From contig MQRK01219517.1 in NCBI GenBank assembly GCA_001938485.1, positions 1 through 64,000 on the forward strand: 64,000 bases of DNA, given 5' to 3'. The DNA is from Girardia tigrina (lineage: Eukaryota). Under the pieces are notes generated by a model. The model was not told the origin of the DNA and searched no databases. It saw only the letters and a list, made by a program, of their open reading frames with translations. Shown here in pieces: positions 1 through 13,014 of the stretch (its first letter is position 1; every line of letters begins with the position of its first letter). The position numbers and the translations under genes were made by a program.

Positions 1-641
1 TCTTTTAGCACTCTTGCCACAGTACTCTGCGACAATTTTTCAGGTAGGGCTAACATGATTTCTCTAGTTGACATCGTTTTCTTTGTTGCAAGGTGAAAGA
101 TTCTTCTTTTTAATCTGTCCGAAACACCACTTACCCTTCCGGAATTATGCTTTAATGATGTCTTATCACTTTTCCTAGCGTATTTTGAAATTGTGCTTGC
201 AGATCGATCTAATTTGCGAGAGATTTCAACATAAGAAAGTCCAAGATCAATCATTGCATCGATTTTTCCTCTTTCATAATCTGATAGATCTTCACCTTTA
301 CCCATTACAATCTATTATTTATATTTATATGAATTATAAGCCAAATATAAATAATATTACTTACAGTTTCATAAATTTGCCAAATAATTGAAAATTAAAA
401 CAATAGTGGTAATTTAAACCTGATTTATAGAAAAAGTGATAATTATCTGACTCAGCCTAAAATGGTGAAAATAATGATTTTGTGTTTTTTTTCAATTATA
501 GCTATCATATTAATTTCTTTTATTTACAATATTGTTATATAACATGAGTAATATATATATACTAAATTACAGAGATATATCTTAAATAATAGAAAAGATA
601 GGGCTTTATTTAAAAAAGTGATAATTATATGACTCAGACTG
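1..641 (-). mobile_element. Tc3/Tc1-like DNA transposon, 5' end with transposase N-terminus (runs off window)
   Basis: Terminus CAGTCTGAGTCATATAATTATCAC (641 down) next to TA, with an internal repeat of the motif at ~432-457. ATG at 305 gives MGKGEDLSDYERGKIDAMIDLGLSYVEISRKLDRSASTISKY, a Tc3-type HTH. Confidence 0.7.
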
Positions 642-644
642 TAT

Positions 645-1008
645 ATGGATCGACTTATAAACAATCGAACTAGAGCTCCTTCAATCTTTCCATCCAATGT
701 TTGGTACGGACTTTAAATGGCATGGATAGAACAAACAATTTTGCTGAAGCTTGTCATCGCAAATTGCAGTTACGCTTTGGCAGTAATTCATCTCATCCAA
801 CTCTGTAGATTTTTATAGACAGATTAAGAAAGATTCAAAAAACGTATGGCATCGATTATGAACGAAATATCGCTGGTTACGAACAACCACAAAAACGTAA
901 ATGGTGTGAAGAAGCTCACAAAAGAATTCTAAGCAAAGTTAAGAATTATAATAGACAGAATATTATTGAGTATTTACGAGGAGTATCGTACAACTATAAT
1001 ATGTGTTA
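645..1008 (+). pseudogene. MULE/Mutator transposase C-terminal remnant
   Basis: Degenerate translation ...NNFAEACHRKLQ...HPTL*IFIDRLRKIQK...EYLRGVSYNY resembles the TNNxxE/HPT region of MULE transposases; stops and frameshifts present. Confidence 0.55.
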
Positions 1009-3482
1009 ATTGTGTTTTTAATAAAATTTTATTCCGTGTATTTTTTCATGTATTAATTAATTTTTGCTATTTTCTTCATGTTGGCCATCATCCAGATAAT
1101 TATTTAATTATTTATTATTATTTTGACTGTCGCCCAGTTGCAATCATCCAAATGACCGTCTCCGACTTTAGGCGATGTTATAAAAATACTTTCTCAATAA
1201 TCACTTGGATTTGTAGTGTTGATTTAAGACAATAAATATCAAGTGATCCTTTAAGTTTACTTCTTAAATGTTGTGGTCTCTACTTAGAAAGGTTGTGAAA
1301 CAAAGAAGCAAATATTATTTTCCCGACCACTACAATATTTTATTTTAAATACCAGTAAAATTATATCAAAAATACTGCACAAGAATGTTTATAGCTTTGC
1401 CTGTGAAGAACACCGTTTCGGCCTAGTTTCGACTCTACGACAGTAACTACACATTTTAAAGGAATAAATAATAATTAATTAATAAAAAGCAAACATGTTT
1501 TGTAAAAACAGTGATCGACAGTTCACATGGACAAACTGATTCTTCTTGATTCGTGTGAGACTGGAAACTCTCGATATCAGATAGATTACTCTCTCTATAA
1601 TTCCCGTCGTTACGTGCTTCAGGTTACAAAGGAACGGAAGTTCCTGTTTACAGCAAAAATCTTACGTTTTCTTTCAAAATAAATAACAAAAGTTTTTCCA
1701 GACACATTGACAAAGATTACAAATTCCGATTATTTTGACAATTAAAACAAAAAATTCAATTCATAATTGATCATTTCGTTATCGAAAATTTTAATAAATT
1801 GTCCTATCTCGGGAATATCTGTCTAAAAATTGTGTCAATATTGATAAAATAAATGTCTTTCTTTAATTATTATTTCAATGGAGAGCGGTTTCGAATAAAA
1901 TTCTATTTATTAAAAATAATTTACTTAAAGCTATCTAAGAAATTGATTATTGAGCATCGTCATTAATTCTAATTTAATTTGTAAAATATTTCAATATTGG
2001 TTTTTGTTAGTAATATTTAAAATGTTGATATTTTGTTTTGAATGTTGTTTGTTTGAGATGCCTACTGCCGGAACTAGTGGCGGCGGCCAGGACCTCTTAA
2101 TTGTGCCTGAAATTGTTGCTGGTGAGTATGATCGGTCGGTTCCAGTGCCCACCGGTCGGTGCGTCGGTGTGTGCTGGGTTCTTGTCCAGTCGGTGACTTC
2201 TTCCCTATCCGTCTCTCCGGTTCTGTTAAGGTCGGTGGGAGTGCGGAGATCTCCGAAACGGCGCATGATTTTTCGCGTTGTTATTATGAAGGGTTAGTGT
2301 AAATTTTCGATTCGCTGAATAATTTAATGTTTTAATTTAAAAATTATGCAAAAATTAAATAATAAAAACAGAGTTTAAAATCACAAAAAATTTAAAGTTG
2401 ATATATTTCAGTTGATAGTTTTAAAATAAAAATTTTAAAAGAAATAATACAATTAATAAAAGTTTTTGCATAAATTTAAATATCAAGCTGCTACAAAAGT
2501 TTTTTTACGAAATTAAATAGTTTTCTACAAATTAATTTTAAAATTAGATGTTATATAAATGTAAAAAATTAGTTTTATTGTGTTTAGAATATTTTTTAAA
2601 AAGAACATAATAATAAATATTTTTTAAAATTTTATAGGTTGATTGCATCTTATTTAAATGAAATAAATTAATTTTATAGATAATAAAATTTTTAAAAGCA
2701 TTGTAAAAATAATAAAAAAAGTTTTAATTAAAAAGAAAAGTTCAAAAATATGTTATCGAATATAATAAACTATTTTTAAAGTTTTTAAACATTCATTGGA
2801 TTTTATTTAATGGAATAAATAAATTTTATGTCATATAATTTTTAAAAATGCATTTTAAAAAATAATAAAAATTTGATATAGAAAAAAGTCAAAAATAAGT
2901 TTTAGAATATAATGAATTATTTTTTAAAGTTTAAAATGTTTTTACAAATTGAAAGTAAAATAAAATGTATGAGGGGAGTTGAAAATTTTAATTAACGGAA
3001 ATTTGTTTGAAAATTAGGAGTTGTCATATTAATAAATTTTGGTGTTAAAAAATGAATTCTGATATTGATGCAACCACTTCTCAAAGTTATTTTTAATTAT
3101 TGTTTTTTTTATTTCGGTCGTTTGATCGGAGCACCACAGTGTTGATTTGGAATCGTCTCTTTCGCTCAGATGGATCATAAATATTTTAATTCTTATTATC
3201 TGAAACTAATGTATTCAAATTTAGAATTAATGTTCAAATTTATTTTTAATTTATTATTGTTGTCCTACTGTGTTTACCGCTGAGAAAAAATTAAAAAAAT
3301 CATGTAAAGAAAAAACTGAAAAACAATAAATAAGTTGTTTAAATGAATTTAAAAAACACGCAATTAGCATTAATCAATGCTTTAAATGATGTTCATTGTC
3401 TTGCTCTAATAATGGCTTATCACTGAAATGATGCTTACTGTCGAATGCTTAAACACGAATACAGGCCGCGATAGACCACTAA

Positions 3483-4439
3483 CCACGATGCAAACGTCTT
3501 TGTAGCCAAGGGTTCAATGGCAGCGCGATAAAGTCCGTTTCAGCTGCCTTTAAACCAAATGACATCGATATGCGCCTAACGCACCGACACTGTCCCGTTA
3601 TTCTTTGTTGTACTGGTAATATGATCACTAATCAAAACCAATGCACTCTCCGAAGTATTGAACCCCCATGCTATATTGACCTTATTAAGAACACCAACAT
3701 GGGTTTTCGAACTTTTATTTTCAATACAATTAAAATTGTCTTTTGGACAACTCTCAGCAAAACTTTCGTAATTCGACATCGTTCTAAATTGATAACTTTT
3801 AGTTAATGTTTTTAATAAACAACTATTCGAACAAATTTTTTATTATTTTCAGATTTTATTTTTAAAGTTCGAATTTTGTAATTTTAGTAATAATTTTATC
3901 TACATATTAATTTTATTTAGAAAATGATTTTATGTAAAGAATGAACATTTATTTAATTTAAAACTTAGTTAAAAGATATTTACTTTATTCAAATTTTTAA
4001 TATTAAAATTTGAAACGATTTGATATTTTTAAAGTTTTTTTTAACATCTTATGCTGTACTTTAAAATGCAAATTATACTCGAATAATTATTCATCGTGAA
4101 CACCCAAAATATCAATTTTCCATCTGGGTGTGAGAAACACTTTTCCAAATACTAAACTCAACATACGAAATTCAACATACCAAGTTTAAAATATTCCTCA
4201 TAGACCTGAACTCTGATCGGCACACCAAGATTGATGGCAAATCTGTCAAATCACCGGCTGTCGTCTACTGGAGCAGGTGCACCAACATTCCGTGCGGTGC
4301 GGTGACGATCTCTTGGACCGATGGGAAAGAGCAAAAAGGGTATTTGGAGCTGATCAAACTCCACAAAATTAAGTGGTTCAGTACACACCCCACCGAATTG
4401 AATGGTGGAACGACAATTATGATTTTAAAATTTACATGA
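3483..4439 (+). pseudogene. GC-rich, Cys-containing ORF of unknown family, interrupted by a solo LTR
   Basis: Removing 3683-4207 (LTR plus one TSD) joins ...PPCYIDL|NSDRHTKIDGK...ILKFT* into one stop-free frame of ~140 codons. Confidence 0.45.
3683..4202 (-). mobile_element. Solo LTR, 5-bp TSD GACCT
   Basis: GACCT at 3678-3682 and 4203-4207. Minus-strand ends TATGAGG...GTTCTTAATA and the family core CCCAGATGGA. Confidence 0.8.
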
Positions 4440-4827
4440 TTTTAATAATTTTATATAAATTTTTGAATTATTAAATCAAATTAATATTTAAATAATAAAT
4501 ATTAATTTTAATTTTAGTCAATAACATTGGTAGTAAATATCTTTAAAATAATATGTAGGTTCAAGTTAGTTCAGATTTTGTGATGAAAATTATTCAACTT
4601 TGATCGATAAATATGAGTGAAAGCACTTCTCTGGATTGTCATAAAAATGATAAATTGATATTGTAATAAATTTTATAATAAAAACATTTAATGTGAGTTC
4701 TCTTAAAGATTTTAAAGGAAGATTTTGAAAATTTAAATTTTTTTATTAAAGATAAAAAAACATTTTAAATTTATATTAAATTATAAAAGTAAATAATATT
4801 ATTAATAAAAAAAATTTTATAAAAACA

Positions 4828-5360
4828 ACCACGTTTTTCAAGCATTACCAATGCACTAAAAAGAGGAAAATAATTTTTTTTCTAGACATGTGCGAAATTT
4901 TATATCTAACCAAAAACGTGGGGCGGATTTCTGNNNNNNNNNNNNNNNNNNNNNNNNNNNNNNNNNNNNNNNNNNNNNNNNNNNNNNNNNNNNNNNNNNN
5001 NNNNNNNNNNNNNNNNNNNNNNNNNNNNNNNNNNNNNNNNNNNNNNNNNNNNNNNNNNNNNNNNNNNNNNNNNNNNNNNNNNNNNNNNNNNNNNNNNNNN
5101 NNNNNNNNNNNNNNNNNNNNNNNNNNNNNNNNNNNNNNNNNNNNNNNNNNNNNNNNNNNNNNNNNNNNNNNNNNNNNNNNNNNNNNNNNNNNNNNNNNNN
5201 NTCCGTAAAGTAAATGTTTTAAAATATTGTATTGTCATCGGAAGCAAGCCTGTATAAAAAATTCAGCTCAATTGGATGACTGAAAGTGGTCGAAAAATCA
5301 ATCGCAAGATTTGTTCCAGATAGACAAACAGACAAGAAACCAAGCTAAGTAAAACGTGGT
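4828..5360 (-). mobile_element. Helentron/DINE-1-like non-autonomous element (contains gap)
   Basis: Subterminal inverted repeat ACCACGTTTT (4828) / AAAACGTGGT (5351), GACA-type microsatellite near one end, A/T-run flanks. Confidence 0.4.
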
Positions 5361-5619
5361 AAAAAAATAGAAAATTATTGTAAAATACACGAAGACGATA
5401 AAATGTGTATAGTATAAAACTTCGAAACAAGTTCAATAATAAATCGATTAATAAGCTTTTTTTCTAAATTATCAAATATTTATGTAAATATATATCTGCT
5501 TAAAAAAGATTTAATTATGAATAAATATTGGAAAAATTAGGAAATTAATAGCAAATAAAAATTGATAAATGAGATTTTAAAAATAAAACAAAGGAAAAAA
5601 AACGTTTCAAAAAGAAAAA

Positions 5620-5765
5620 AAAACATTCCGGAAATGTAACCGAGTTGGAAACATTAGAAAGTGGTTTGACTCATCGACATTGGCGATCATTAGTTAACGT
5701 TTCCCAAACATACACACGCATCACGTGTGCGTCAATTGTGATTGGTTGGTTTTCTTTCAGTGGAA
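5620..5765 (+). promoter_or_regulatory. Putative core promoter of the Kv2 gene
   Basis: GC-richer patch upstream of the coding exon: ETS-like CCGGAA (~5628), E-box CACGTG (5722), reverse CCAAT (5741), Inr-like TCAGT (5757). Motif inspection only. Confidence 0.3.
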
Positions 5766-5816
5766 AGAGAGAGAGTGAAAAACACAGTGAAAACACAGTG
5801 TAGAAGGAAAAGTAAA

Positions 5817-5929
5817 ATGCAGCACCAAAATGTCAGCGTTAATCCACATGCAGTCTCAAACTATGACTCGATCAATGACAGGTTATCGTCTTCTGATCAA
5901 GTAAATGGAGCAGAAAGAGAGGAAAACGA
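5817..5929 (+). CDS. Possible upstream coding exon of Kv2 (MQHQNVSVNPHAV...)
   Basis: Same frame as the T1 exon. In-frame introns 5930-6028 (99 nt) or 5901-5960 (60 nt) would remove the stop at 5943; splice choice is ambiguous. Confidence 0.3.
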
Positions 5930-6014
5930 GTGTGTTTGTCTGTAAAATTTAATATTTCAGAATTTTATCATTGATTTCGCTGATTTTTATTTGAGAATTT
6001 TGCTTGATGTAATT

Positions 6015-6671
6015 ATGATTTCGATAAGTGAAGTAAGACAACACTCACCTGGACCGGTTGCACTGAACTTCGCCAGTGAACGAATTGATGAGAACAAATA
6101 TGATATGAAGCGAATTATAAAATGCCCGAAAAAATGGGGTAAAACGATTCGGGCGACGGATGAGGAAATTTTTCTTAGTCGATTAAAATCGACGAGAGTG
6201 AAATTGAATGTCGGCGGAGAGTCGCACGAAGTCATGTGGAAAACGTTGAAACGGATGCCGTTCACTCGGTTGGGTCTGTTGAGAAAAGCGTTGACCCACG
6301 ATCAAATAATGGAAATTTGCGACGATTACGATTTGAAGAAGAACGAGTATTATTTTGATCGGCATCCGAAATCGTTTTTGTGTGTTTTAACGATGTTTCG
6401 GACTGGAAATTTGCATATGTTGGAGGATTTGTGCATTGTGAATTTTGCGGATGATTTAGCGTATTGGGGAATCAACGAGAACCTGATGGAGAGCTGTTGC
6501 CATCATCGGTATCACATGAAACGGGAACGGGTCAATGATGAGATTAAAAAAGTCAAAGACATTAATGACGAATCGAACCAAGTCGATAATTTCGGGCTAA
6601 ATAGGTTTCATCAATTTCGTCGAAAGTTGTGGGATTTAATGGAAAATCCTCAAACGTCTATAGCTGCCCAA
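6015..6671 (+). CDS. Shab: Shab/Kv2 voltage-gated K+ channel, T1 (BTB) exon
   Basis: RVKLNVGG, TRLG, CDDY, EYYFDRHP, Zn motif HMLEDLC-x20-CC, LWDLMENPQTSIAAQ, then phase-0 donor GTGAGT at 6672. The true start is uncertain. Confidence 0.92.
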
Positions 6672-6769
6672 GTGAGTTTTAAACAGTTTTTTATTTAATA
6701 ATAAATAACCTACCAAAGAGAGATTTTTTTCTCATTTAAAATTGTTTTTATAATACAAAAGTTATAAAA

Positions 6770-6933
6770 CGTGACCCGACAAATGCGCACACCGAAAAAC
6801 GTGCGAAATTAGTTACGTATTCATTGAGTCATTCCAGCAGTACGTTCTCAAAAATTCCACATGGTGATAGGACAAACTAGTTTATTTTTATACTTCTTTT
6901 ATTTTTTTTCTTTCGTGCATTTATCGGGACACC
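6770..6933. mobile_element. ~165-bp MITE-like element
   Basis: Imperfect TIRs CGTGACCCGACAAATGCGC / GTGCATTTATCGGGACACC; no clear TSD. Confidence 0.5.
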
Positions 6934-6937
6934 ATAT

Positions 6938-6987
6938 TGGAAATTTGCGACGATTACGATTTGCAGAAGAACGAGTATTATTTTGAT
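6938..6987 (+). repeat. 50-bp copy of Kv2 exon sequence 6310-6359
   Basis: TGGAAATTTGCGACGATTACGATTTG[C/A]AGAAGAACGAGTATTATTTTGAT, one mismatch. Confidence 0.9.
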
Positions 6988-7562
6988 TTAAATTTTAACT
7001 TGATTAAATGCAATATTATTTGTTTTGTTTTATTATTTAACCTAGAGCAATTTTATGAGATTGAATGTTTTGTCTTGTTTATGTAGGCGTGGTTGTTGAA
7101 GCCTCTTAATCATGATTTCTTTAATAACTTCAAACTCCAATGAGCTAATCATTTAACAAGTAATTGACGAAATTAAAATAATTAATTTAAAAATATTTTT
7201 TATAAATAATTTTTAAAAACTGAATGAAACGTTTTACCAACATTTTTTATTTTTTTATAGGTGTAACTTTTGAGGTTACTAAACTAGTTAACGAATATGT
7301 AATGTATAGTAGATCCCAATAATAATGTTAGTAGCGTTTATGACATTTTCATTATCAGCAAGATCATAATTCATATTCAACACAAATAAGTAATACACAT
7401 AAATAAATTTCTTGTTAGTTTAATCATTGCACCAAAATCGATTTATTAAAATTTTCTTTCAATTTATTTTGTAAAATTTAACTTATAATTATAAAATTTA
7501 TTTTTAAATTATATTTTTAATGGAATATGTAAAAAAAACATCCATTAAAATATATATTTAGA

Positions 7563-7601
7563 GACAATATATTTCGTCGGATCAACAATCATCTTCAGGT
7601 C
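7563..7601 (-). ncRNA. Minimal type-I hammerhead ribozyme motif
   Basis: GAC CTGAAGA T-(weak stem II)-GAAAT AT ATT GTC. Confidence 0.55.
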
Positions 7602-7990
7602 ATTTATTAATAATTAATTCACCTGTATATAAATACAAAAATGATGATTATGTAATCGATTGCATGAAATCATGCTAATCGAAATTTCTCAATAAGATGG
7701 TTGAGACTACCGATCGAACATTGATTTTAGGGCAACGTGACCTAATTAACAATGCTTCACATGATACTCTCCCAATAACTGTCAAAATTCTGTGTAAGCA
7801 TTTATCATTATTAACATCACATTAACATTTTTTCCTATGTTCTGCAACTCTCTTTTCGACCATGTTCGTGAATTTGTTTACAGAGATTACCTTCACCAGT
7901 CTCTCCAATGTATGTGGCATCGCACCCATTACATTTCATAATCATAATCATACATTTCATATCATAACAAAGTGTTAAAGGTGTAATAAA
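7563..7990 (-). mobile_element. Penelope-like element 3' fragment (GIY-YIG endonuclease plus hammerhead)
   Basis: MKCNGCDATYIGETG...IHEH and a downstream PKINV-like C-terminus, with a hammerhead motif at the 3' end. It sits inside a repeat also present at ~18430-18890. Confidence 0.7.
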
Positions 7991-10900
7991 TTTATTACTG
8001 AACATATTTTGAATTTTGTGAGATCGTGATATAATTTTAAAATTTTTTGTTTGTTTTTTTTTAAATTTACAAATCATTTTTAACTTTTTAAATTTTAAAA
8101 CTTTTTGTATTTAGATAATTTTTTACATTTTCGAATTATAAAAATCTTACATTATTTGGCAAAAGAAAAAGTTTAACTGAGTCTTCATAAAAAATATTTC
8201 CAAAATTCTAAAAAATATTTAAAATAACAAATAAGCAATTATTTATAGATGTTTTTGAAAACCTTTAGATAATTTAACTAGAGTTTCACAGACACAAATT
8301 CGTACTAATTTAGCATATATTATTTATTAAAATAATGAAATCAAGAGAATAGAACAACATTCTAATTGAAAATAAAAGTAACTAAAGACGATAGTTTCAT
8401 TTTGTTTAGTAAATACTGCAAACAAATTATTAAAAAAAAACCACAATTTTTAATCCAGGTATAAAAATCTGAATTTATTTAGAAACATGAAACCTTTATC
8501 AACAATAAATTATAAAAATGGAATTTTTCATCTTTAAGAAAACTCTTTTTGTCCATGTTAAGTTTTTCAAACAATTAATTTCAAATAATTAATTTCAAAC
8601 AATAGAATGTGAGGTCTTTAATAATTTTGCTATTTTGTATTATAATTAAAAAAATTTTTGAATACTTAAACCTCCATTGACTAAAGCGTATTTAATCCAA
8701 TGGCTTCCGAGCTTATGCATTAGTTGGGGGTACCGAACTATTTATAACACCGAATAAATTACAACACCAAATTACAACAACGAATTAATTAAAACACTGA
8801 ATTAACAGTTAAAAACAGAATAAATGTATCTGTAGACAAATTTAACACAAAATATTACAGTGGGGCTCGTGAAAATTTTAATGAACATGTTTTTGTTTAA
8901 GTAAAATAATTCAATAATAAAATGTTGGACAAATTCAAATTGTACATTATGGAAAAATAAATGTTTTTGTTGATTTGATTGCATTTTAATTCATAAATTT
9001 CGTGATCATCTCAAATGATTTCGCATCAACAATCCGCTGGGAATATGGATTGGTTGAAATCGATCGATTTCCTCGGACCGAAAAAAACCGGACGAACTTG
9101 ACGATAACGTAGTTCGCCACTCCGTGACATAACAAACCGGTCACGGTGGTGGAATCAGACAAAGAATTATCACGCAGCATTAAATGTTGATGTTCATTGT
9201 ACAATACTAATGTGCTCACCGAAAATTCAAACATGACGATTTAATTATTAAGGAGTCTTCTTTTGAGACTTTTATTAAGAACCTTAGGAGTTCGGGTTTC
9301 TCTACCTTGTTGTAAGAAGATTATTGTTAATTCGTAAAGACTACAAGTTCAAATCTTCAATCATTGAATTCAATATTGGCAAGTTGATTCAAAGTAGTAA
9401 TTTTACTTTTATTTCTCCATAACAAGCGACCAAGATCTTATGTTCCTATTATTACTTTACTCTTTAATGAATATCAAAATAATAAATTTACTTCATTTAA
9501 TAATTTTCGGAATTTTAAAACAAATTCTCCTAATTTCAATTTAGATTCAACAATAATTTTCTATCAATGGATTTAGACACAAATTGAAATTTTTATTGAA
9601 TTTTTAATGTACATCTTTCAAATAATGGATTGATGAGAATTAATTAATTTCGGAGATTTAGTATTGAGAAATTCAAAAACTCAATTAAATATGTATTTAT
9701 TCAGAAAAAAGATTTTTTTCGGTGAAAAAAACACAATTCTCGAATTAGCGATTTGTTTAAATGTATTCATTAGAAATGTATCTTCGTGGATGTAAATACC
9801 GCTTTAATTAAATAAACAATCAGAAATTCAAATAAACAATTTTTTATTTAAATTACTTTCATTTTAAAATATTTTTAACGTCTTTGATCTGAATTTTGCG
9901 TTTGTAAGTAATATTTAGGAATGATGTGAGGATAAGGTTTTGAATGTTACGAAAAAATAAAACTTCCTTAGTGTAATACTTGAATAAATTAACGGCAACA
10001 CAAGCAGTACAAAATATATTCAATCAGGTAAGAGCTCCGAACAACTCGCTAGCAATTTTTTAAAAATAAAATAATTTTAGTATTTTAGTATTTCTAATTA
10101 TTGTAAGTATTTTCAGAAATCTCCAATAATTAAAAAAACAATTAAAAAATTGTCATTCATAAAATTTATTTAAAACAAAAAAACTGCCAAAGCTGTATAT
10201 TATTTATACAACTGAATTTTCAGGAGTTTTTAATATAACAGTATTCAGATCCATTTATAAATAAATATATTTGAATATAGTATAAATAAGTTAATTAATG
10301 AGTTATAATTATTTTCCCTTAAAAAATTAATTTTCTTATGTGTATCTTTTGTTTATATAAATGAAAAATGTAATTAAAGATTTAATAAATATTTTGAAAT
10401 ATGAAATTGTAAATGAGTAATATTACAAGAAATAAATTAAATTAAAAATATAATTTCTGAAAATATCAAGAAAAAAAACTAAATTTAAGATAAATTGATG
10501 TTAATTTATCTTAACACAAATTACTTTAATACCCTGAAGGTTTTTTTTCTAAAAGTTAAAATACAATTCAACTTATTTGAATTGTCTTCTTCATTATTTT
10601 TCAGCTATAGTACACCAATAATGAAATTCAATACTTCAGGAAGTACAGTCAAATGTTTACAGAGCTACTTACTTTCCTTTCCTCTGCAAGCACTTTTTCA
10701 AATGCTTCCAAATTCATCATTATCCATTTCAAAAGAATCCCTTTTGTGATCAAACTCTAATTTTTTTTCGCTTTTATCATCTTCAATATATTTTGATATG
10801 GATTTGAAACAACTCCAGCAGACGACTTACAAGAAAATTTATTTATACTTGATTTAACACCAAACAAAAATAATGGCAATCTCCAGATGATAGAACGCGA

Positions 10901-11302
10901 TAAATAACTAAACCAGAAATATCAACTGCGGCCATATTAGCACAGATTAACATATGCACTGAATACTCAACAATAATTTAAACCTAAAAGGTGCTGTTGT
11001 AGAAAAACTGTCACTAGTGTGTAAAATTTACCTCCGGTTAGCCTTCTAGGGTTATGTATTTTATTTTATTATTTATTTGAAAGTAACTCAAAAAGTTTCA
11101 AATTTAAATGATAATTAATTAAACGCTTTACAATTTAAATTTTATAATTTTTATATGTAAAATTTTAATAACAATTTTATTTAATTAAATTTAGAACAAT
11201 TGTAAAATTAATATTTATTTAATATATTTTAGTTTAAAATTTTATATATTTTAGCAATTTTTAAATTGCATTTAATACAATTTTAAAATAAATATTTACT
11301 TT

Positions 11303-11806
11303 TATTAATAACTTTTAAACAAGCCCCGTTTGAATGTTTATTACAATCACATTTAGAGTCATTATGACTCTCAGAAAGTCTTTCATCGTTTGTCATCATT
11401 CTAATTGGTTTGCCTATTTCTGTTTTTAATCATGATTATTCAAACAATTTTTCTAAGTTATTTTTTAAAATATTTAATTTCTAAAAAATATTAATTAAAA
11501 AATAATAATTTTTACAATTTCTCAATAAATCCTAAAATAATAAAATGTCATCAAATTATTAAAAATACATTTAATTTAAATTTTACCAAAAAAATATTAA
11601 ACTTAATTTTAATTGTTAAATTAAATAATATGAACTTATAACATGATTATTTTAATTATGTTCGAATAGTCAATCACTTTAAATTTAATAAAAAAATACC
11701 AATTTCCATCTGTGTGGGAGAATCACCATTCTAAATTCAACATACTTAAATCAACATACAACATCCATACATTTACACATTCAAACAATTTAAAATATCC
11801 CTCACA
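11303..11806 (-). mobile_element. Solo LTR (same family as 60359-61254)
   Basis: Minus-strand TGTGAGG...TTAATA, flanks ACTTT/ATTTT, long similarity to 60359-60698 + 61145-61254. Confidence 0.7.
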
Positions 11807-11820
11807 ATTTTGAAAAAAAA

Positions 11821-12281
11821 CGTTAGTTGGATTTTTGAGAATTTTGAAAGCATATTTTGAATTTTTTTGTTGCATGTTGGTTTGGATCGTGTCTCTCCTA
11901 CCCAGATGGATGATTGGTATTTTCTTTGATTCCTACTAATTTAAAATTATTTATTTAATTTTTAAAGTAACAAGATTTAATATAATTTTCGAATGTTATG
12001 TTTAATTTTTAATGTGATTTAAAATTTTAATATATTAATTAAAGTTTTTTTAAAAATGTTTAGATTTAATTTTAACAATGTTAAAATCTTAATAAATAAA
12101 TTTGATAATTAATTAATAATAATAAATATTTTTCATTTATTTTAAAAATTATGATGAAACTCAGAAATATATTAATTAAGAAAGAATGTCGAATAGAGAC
12201 AGTGGTTTGAATAATTGTTGTAATTACAATTCAGCTTTTGATATTAATAAATGTTCAAAAATCATATTGATGTTGTTAATA
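11821..12281 (+). mobile_element. Solo LTR, back-to-back with the previous one
   Basis: Core TCTCTCCTACCCAGATGGATGATT and end GATGTTGTTAATA. Left boundary approximate, no TSD seen. Confidence 0.55.
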
Positions 12282-12972
12282 CATACTGAGTTTGCATTTA
12301 CAAGTTTTATATGCTCAAAAATATTACTTTTACATTTTCTATGATAATTTTCTTAAACTTGTTTGCAAAGTTGATGGATAGTTTCTCCATGTTCGTGGAC
12401 CTAGCCGAGGTTCTATCTTGATAATATATTTTTAATTTACCAAACTTTTACTTTATAAAAATGTTTTAAATGAAAATTTATTAATGACACTTTATTTAAA
12501 GTAACATGTAACATATGATTCATTGCACAATAAATATTTATAAATAATTTAACAACATGATCATAAATAATTTAACCTGTTGATAACCAAATAAGTTGGC
12601 ATAAAATATCATTTAAAATGAAGTATTTTAAAATTTGATTTCATCTTAGAGCTACAAAAAAGTAAATAAAACATGTCATATAATAATTTTATTATTTCTA
12701 TGATTAATGCAATTTAAATAAAAGATTTATATTGTACAAAAGGATTTTGTTTACATAAAAAATGATAGTTATGTGAACCTCAATGAAAAGACACTGTAAC
12801 CCATTAATTAACATTCAAAATAGGTAAAGTAACTCAGTATCAGTACTTAAAAAATTTAATTAAATAAAAATTGTCTTTATTGACCAAAATTATTTCAATT
12901 TATTATATATTATTATTATTATTTTAATAACTAGTTTTGTTTTTTTATAATAATTAATTTGTATAATTAATA

Positions 12973-13014
12973 ATTGTTGATGATGATTCTAGAACATATC
13001 GAAATATGTCCTAT
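12973..13014 (+). ncRNA. Degenerate hammerhead motif downstream of a PLE endonuclease C-terminal remnant (~12770-12830)
   Basis: ATTG TTGATGA T GAT..ATC GAAAT AT GTC; C3 is changed to U. Confidence 0.45.

Noticed and set aside
4888-5247. ORFs spanning N-runs (also 34380-34960 in part, 45022, 47410, 57807, 59976)
   Set aside because: Open only because of assembly gaps or (TA)n; not evidence of genes.
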